Below, piece after piece: positions 61,039-64,000 of a stretch of 64,000 nt of DNA. The first letter of the stretch is position 1, and the number at the start of each line of letters is the position of its first letter. The stretch is from NCBI GenBank assembly GCA_020137815.1, contig CM035357.1, positions 2,232,001 through 2,296,000 of the forward strand, written 5' to 3'. The stretch comes from Hormiphora californensis. Its lineage: Eukaryota > Animalia > Ctenophora. Both the position numbers and the translations under genes were made by a program. A model generated the notes under the pieces. It did no database searches and had not been told where the DNA came from. It worked only from the letters and a program-made list of their open reading frames with translations.

Positions 61039-64000
61039 TCTATCTATCTCTCTACCTCTCTCACTATCTCCCTCTCTCTCTCTCTCTCTTTCACTTTCTC
61101 TTACTATCTCACTCACTGTCTCTCACTATCTCTCTCTCTCTGTCTCTCTCTCTCTCTCTCAAACTCCCCCTCTCTCCCACTATCTCTCTCTCTCTCTCTT
61201 CAGTCTTCTCTCTGTACATATTCTTTCTTACTCCATCTCACTAAATGTCCACTTCACTAAATTGATCTCACACACAACCGTACTTACTTCCACAATCCAT
61301 TACTGATAATATGTCCCGAAATCATGAATAGTGATCGTTCGGACAGGGCAGTATTTTGATAGAATAAATATAGGTATCTATAGGTGTCACGGTAACCTCG
61401 TAAGCTTGGATATATCGATACTAAAACATTTCACTTCCCTCTTTATCTCACTCTATATGTAGTTTCTCGACACTTTTATCTCAACTGAAGTCTGACACAC
61501 ACACAAATATAAACCCTTCTTATATTGACACCCTGGGCATTTATAAATGGGGCTCAAATATTCAAACTCTTCTATTCAGGAACTCCAAAACAACGGCAGT
61601 CTCTATTTCCACATTGTGGCGGTAAGGAACCAGGGAGAGCTAAACCCACTTCATCCTGACTACAAGTACACTGATGTTGTGGTGTTGACGAAACGTGAGT
61701 TGTTTTAGATTTTTCATACTCAAAAGACTGTACGTAGCCCGGAAACAGTATCAGGCAACCTAGAGTTTTTGAAAGATAGATTTTTAATTAAATTGACTGT
61801 CAAAAGTCTTATCTAGGGTTTTCAATCATCTAATTAAGACACACGTTTGTTTCCCTGTCATAATGTGTGACTAATATTCCTATCTTTCTCGCAGAGTGGA
61901 CTAGATTTAAAAAGAGGAAGATTCAAGCTAAAACAAACCTCCTTACTGGTGAAAGCACTTCCGCCCAAGAGGTAACTTGATACTCCTGTGAACTTCACTT
62001 TTCATTCATCAATGTCATTTTAGCAGCCGTAACTAAATTTTGAGTCACCTGACATTGTTCCTGTAATATGGCTAATCCAAACTAAAAGACCCCAAATAGT
62101 AACATTTCCAATAGGGTGTGGTTGATGGAGAGGTAGTATCTTACTGGCATCCAAATATCACTATTTCCTTCTTGGATGACCAACGTCTTTGGTCAACATC
62201 CCAACCGATTGCCCCTCCCTTCGACAAGTGTAAGTGTTACCACGACTCAAATATCCTTAGAATCCCGAATAATGAGTTCAGAGCAAGAATTAAATAGGGA
62301 AGAAAATCGAAAAATACTGGGTTTGACCGGGAATTGAACCAGGGACCTCCAGAGAGACATGCTCGGAGCTATACCACTAAGCTACCAAACCCTATGTACT
62401 GATCGCATTTCATCACTCTATATTCAAGCTCCTGCCCTTAACTAGACACCATGTGATAAAGGGAAGTAATTTTGATATCTCCTTCTGGTGATCAACACAC
62501 ACACACGCCCTCTGTACAACAGTTTCCCTGGTTCAATTCCCGGTCAAACCCAGTATTTTTCGATTTTCTTCCCTATTTAATTCTTGCTCTGAACTCATTA
62601 TTCGGAATACTAATTAATCTCTCCTTAACCGAGTTCTGCCCGTGTATGTGTGAGATTCCCCATTAAACTGTTGTACAGAGGGCGTGTGTGTGTGTTGATC
62701 ACCAGAAGGAGATATCAAAATTACTTCCCTTCATCCTTAGAATCGTCTCACATTTCATAATGTTTTAACATTTCTATCTCCCGTGTAGAGAGAGTGACCC
62801 TGTGGATGGTGATCTCACGTAGTTCAGAATTTCCTATCTCCCTGTTTTCTCACCTATCTGTCGAGTGTAATCCCCTCGGTCCCGTTCCGTCACTACGCGG
62901 CGCGCGCGGATTAAACTCTGTAGAATAGTTCACAAGTGTCAGCAGTGGAACGCGCAGCACTTACGTCAGTAACTCCCGGATGTCGTTCTCAGTATCTCTC
63001 TCTCGAGCATGTGTTTTTTCGAGTTCGGTTTAGCGGGAAAAAGTAAGGGGTTCATGGTTCCTTATCTAAGAACACACATACTACTACACTTGCGTTTTCC
63101 TTTTTTTATAACTCTCATCTTTTTATAATTTCCCTCCTTTTTTACAGGGGTCGACATAGATCCAGAGACCATGCAATACAAGCCCATTCTCTATATCAAC
63201 GATTATTGGGATCTTGCATCTGATATGTTCCCCGTAAATAACACTGTCGAGTAAGTTGTCAGGGGAGAGAGCTAGTAGGTAGAATGGGGGTATATTTAAT
63301 GGGACACGTTAGAATTCAAATATCCTTCTTTCATTTTATACAACCTTTTTGCATTTGTAACATCTGTTTTATTTCAGTGTTTTACCCCTTTCGATCACAT
63401 ATGCCCCCATCTCCATCTTCTACTTCCAAATTTATGAGGCTCAGAAAATGCAGAAAGATTGGAATAAAATGTTTGGTAAGTTTCAATCACACTTTATTAT
63501 GTGGTTCAGTTATCTCTCCCCCCCCCCCCGCGTTGTAACCCGATTATAAGCGGTAACCCCCTTTTTAACCCCCTCCTCGCGTTGTAACCCCTATTATATC
63601 CTCATTGTAACCCCTCCTCCTAATTGTAACCCTATTGTAACCCCATATTATCCTGCTAGGTGTTGGTGAAGCTAGTGAGGAAGAGAATGACATTGTAAAA
63701 AGGACTATGATGGAAACTAATCCTGTAATCCTTGGTCTGACTATTGTCGTATCCCTGATTCACACCGTTTTCGAGTTCCTGGCATTCAAAAATGGTATGA
63801 GTTTTTTGTAAATTGTACGTCTGTCCGTTTATTGAAGGCCTTTTTTCGGCCACGTCGACTGAGAGAAACACTGTAACTTTGCCCCTAGCTGATAAGAATG
63901 TTAGGGGTTTTTATAACAACAAGATAAGACGTGGGCGTATTCAATTTCTATTTTTAACATCCCGAATAACATACTACCCCACCCCAGATATTCAGTTCTG
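58532..64000 (+). CDS. CLPTM1: CLPTM1 family protein, 5' part (exons approx. 58532-58632, 58790-58937, 59251-59403, 61580-61694, 61895-61971, 62115-62229, 63148-63251, 63378-63475, 63660-63794, 63989-); one apparent 1-bp deletion near 63385
   Basis: NMWPTGTEF|ELFLY, LQNNGSLYFHI, KTNLLTG, VSYWHPNITI, YKPILYINDYW, METNPVILGLTIVVSLIHTVFEFLAFKN|DIQFW. Confidence 0.95.
58914..59125 (+). repeat. Tandem array (about 6 copies, 32-40 bp) of the CLPTM1 exon 2/intron 2 junction
   Basis: TGTGGCCCAYAGGCACAGARTTT|GTAAGTT is repeated. The first copy is the coding junction. Confidence 0.9.
59493..60398. mobile_element. Tc1/mariner-like MITE with ~190-bp TIRs and TA TSD in CLPTM1 intron 3
   Basis: TA|TTAGGTCATTCGGTAAATATCTGGACAGG ... 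CCTGTCCAGATATTTACCGAATGACCTAA|TA. TIRs span about 59493-59682 and 60209-60398. Confidence 0.88.
60915..61215. repeat. (CT)n microsatellite, representative of more than 25 (AG)n/(CT)n tracts in the window
   Basis: Directly visible. Other long tracts at 2653, 9251, 16214, 20080, 35273, 46973, 47990 and 50927. Confidence 0.95.
62265..62732. mobile_element. Insertion with 12-bp flanking direct repeat and interleaved inverted repeats (A-X-B-A'-Y-B') carrying a tRNA-like sequence
   Basis: ATCCTTAGAATC at 62253-62264 and 62733-62744. A (62265-62345) is the reverse complement of 62525-62606. B (62459-62525) is the reverse complement of 62664-62731. Confidence 0.85.
62319..62392 (-). pseudogene. tRNA-like sequence (degenerate anticodon arm; tRNA pseudogene or SINE-type head)
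   Basis: GGGTTTGGTAGCTTAGTGGTATAGC...GAGGTCCCTGGTTCAATTCCCGGTCAAACCC. It has an A box, a B box, a paired acceptor stem GGGTTTG/CAAACCC and TTTTT 4 nt downstream. Confidence 0.7.

Noticed and set aside
62319-62392. Functional tRNA gene call
   Set aside because: The anticodon arm pairs poorly and lacks U33 in the best fold, and the T stem has a mismatch. It is kept only as tRNA-like.
63378-63395. Phase mismatch at a CLPTM1 exon
   Set aside because: Repaired by one extra C (CCC CTT TCG, giving DVLPLSITY). Homopolymer error.
1-64000. Spliced-leader RNA gene or an autonomous transposase/RT ORF
   Set aside because: None recognised by eye. All elements found are non-coding, so the trans-splicing and mobilisation hypotheses depend on loci outside this window.

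Overview
Eukaryotic (animal) genomic DNA with spliceosomal introns, abundant (AG)n/(CT)n microsatellites, one 100-N gap and several stretches that look like unpolished read sequence. Gene content and style suggest a ctenophore draft assembly, but this is inference. Reconstructed genes: an ANF/LIVBP-type receptor N-terminus (probably an iGluR), an uncharacterised multi-exon gene, an SLC22-like transporter, GLRX3, a GT31 beta-1,3-glycosyltransferase, a divergent GNL3/nucleostemin, a 24-kb MAGI gene with an internal alternative first exon, an intronless tectonic, a 584-aa acidic tail-anchored orphan, a frameshifted NELF-A and the 5' part of CLPTM1. Introns and spacers hold many non-autonomous DNA elements with readable TIRs/TSDs, including three with 8-bp TSDs, a 1-kb foldback nested in one of them, a mariner-like MITE and a mini-Helitron. 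The most interesting signals are: (1) two operon-like co-oriented gene trios in which each start codon is preceded by an apparently unpaired splice acceptor, suggesting SL trans-splicing of polycistronic transcripts; (2) a tRNA-bearing insertion with interleaved inverted repeats that resolves into a circularly permuted ~320-bp unit; (3) introns built from tandem copies of their own splice junctions; (4) a MAGI isoform that trades WW domains for PPxY/SH3-ligand motifs; (5) four +1 frameshifts in NELF-A, most likely sequencing error.
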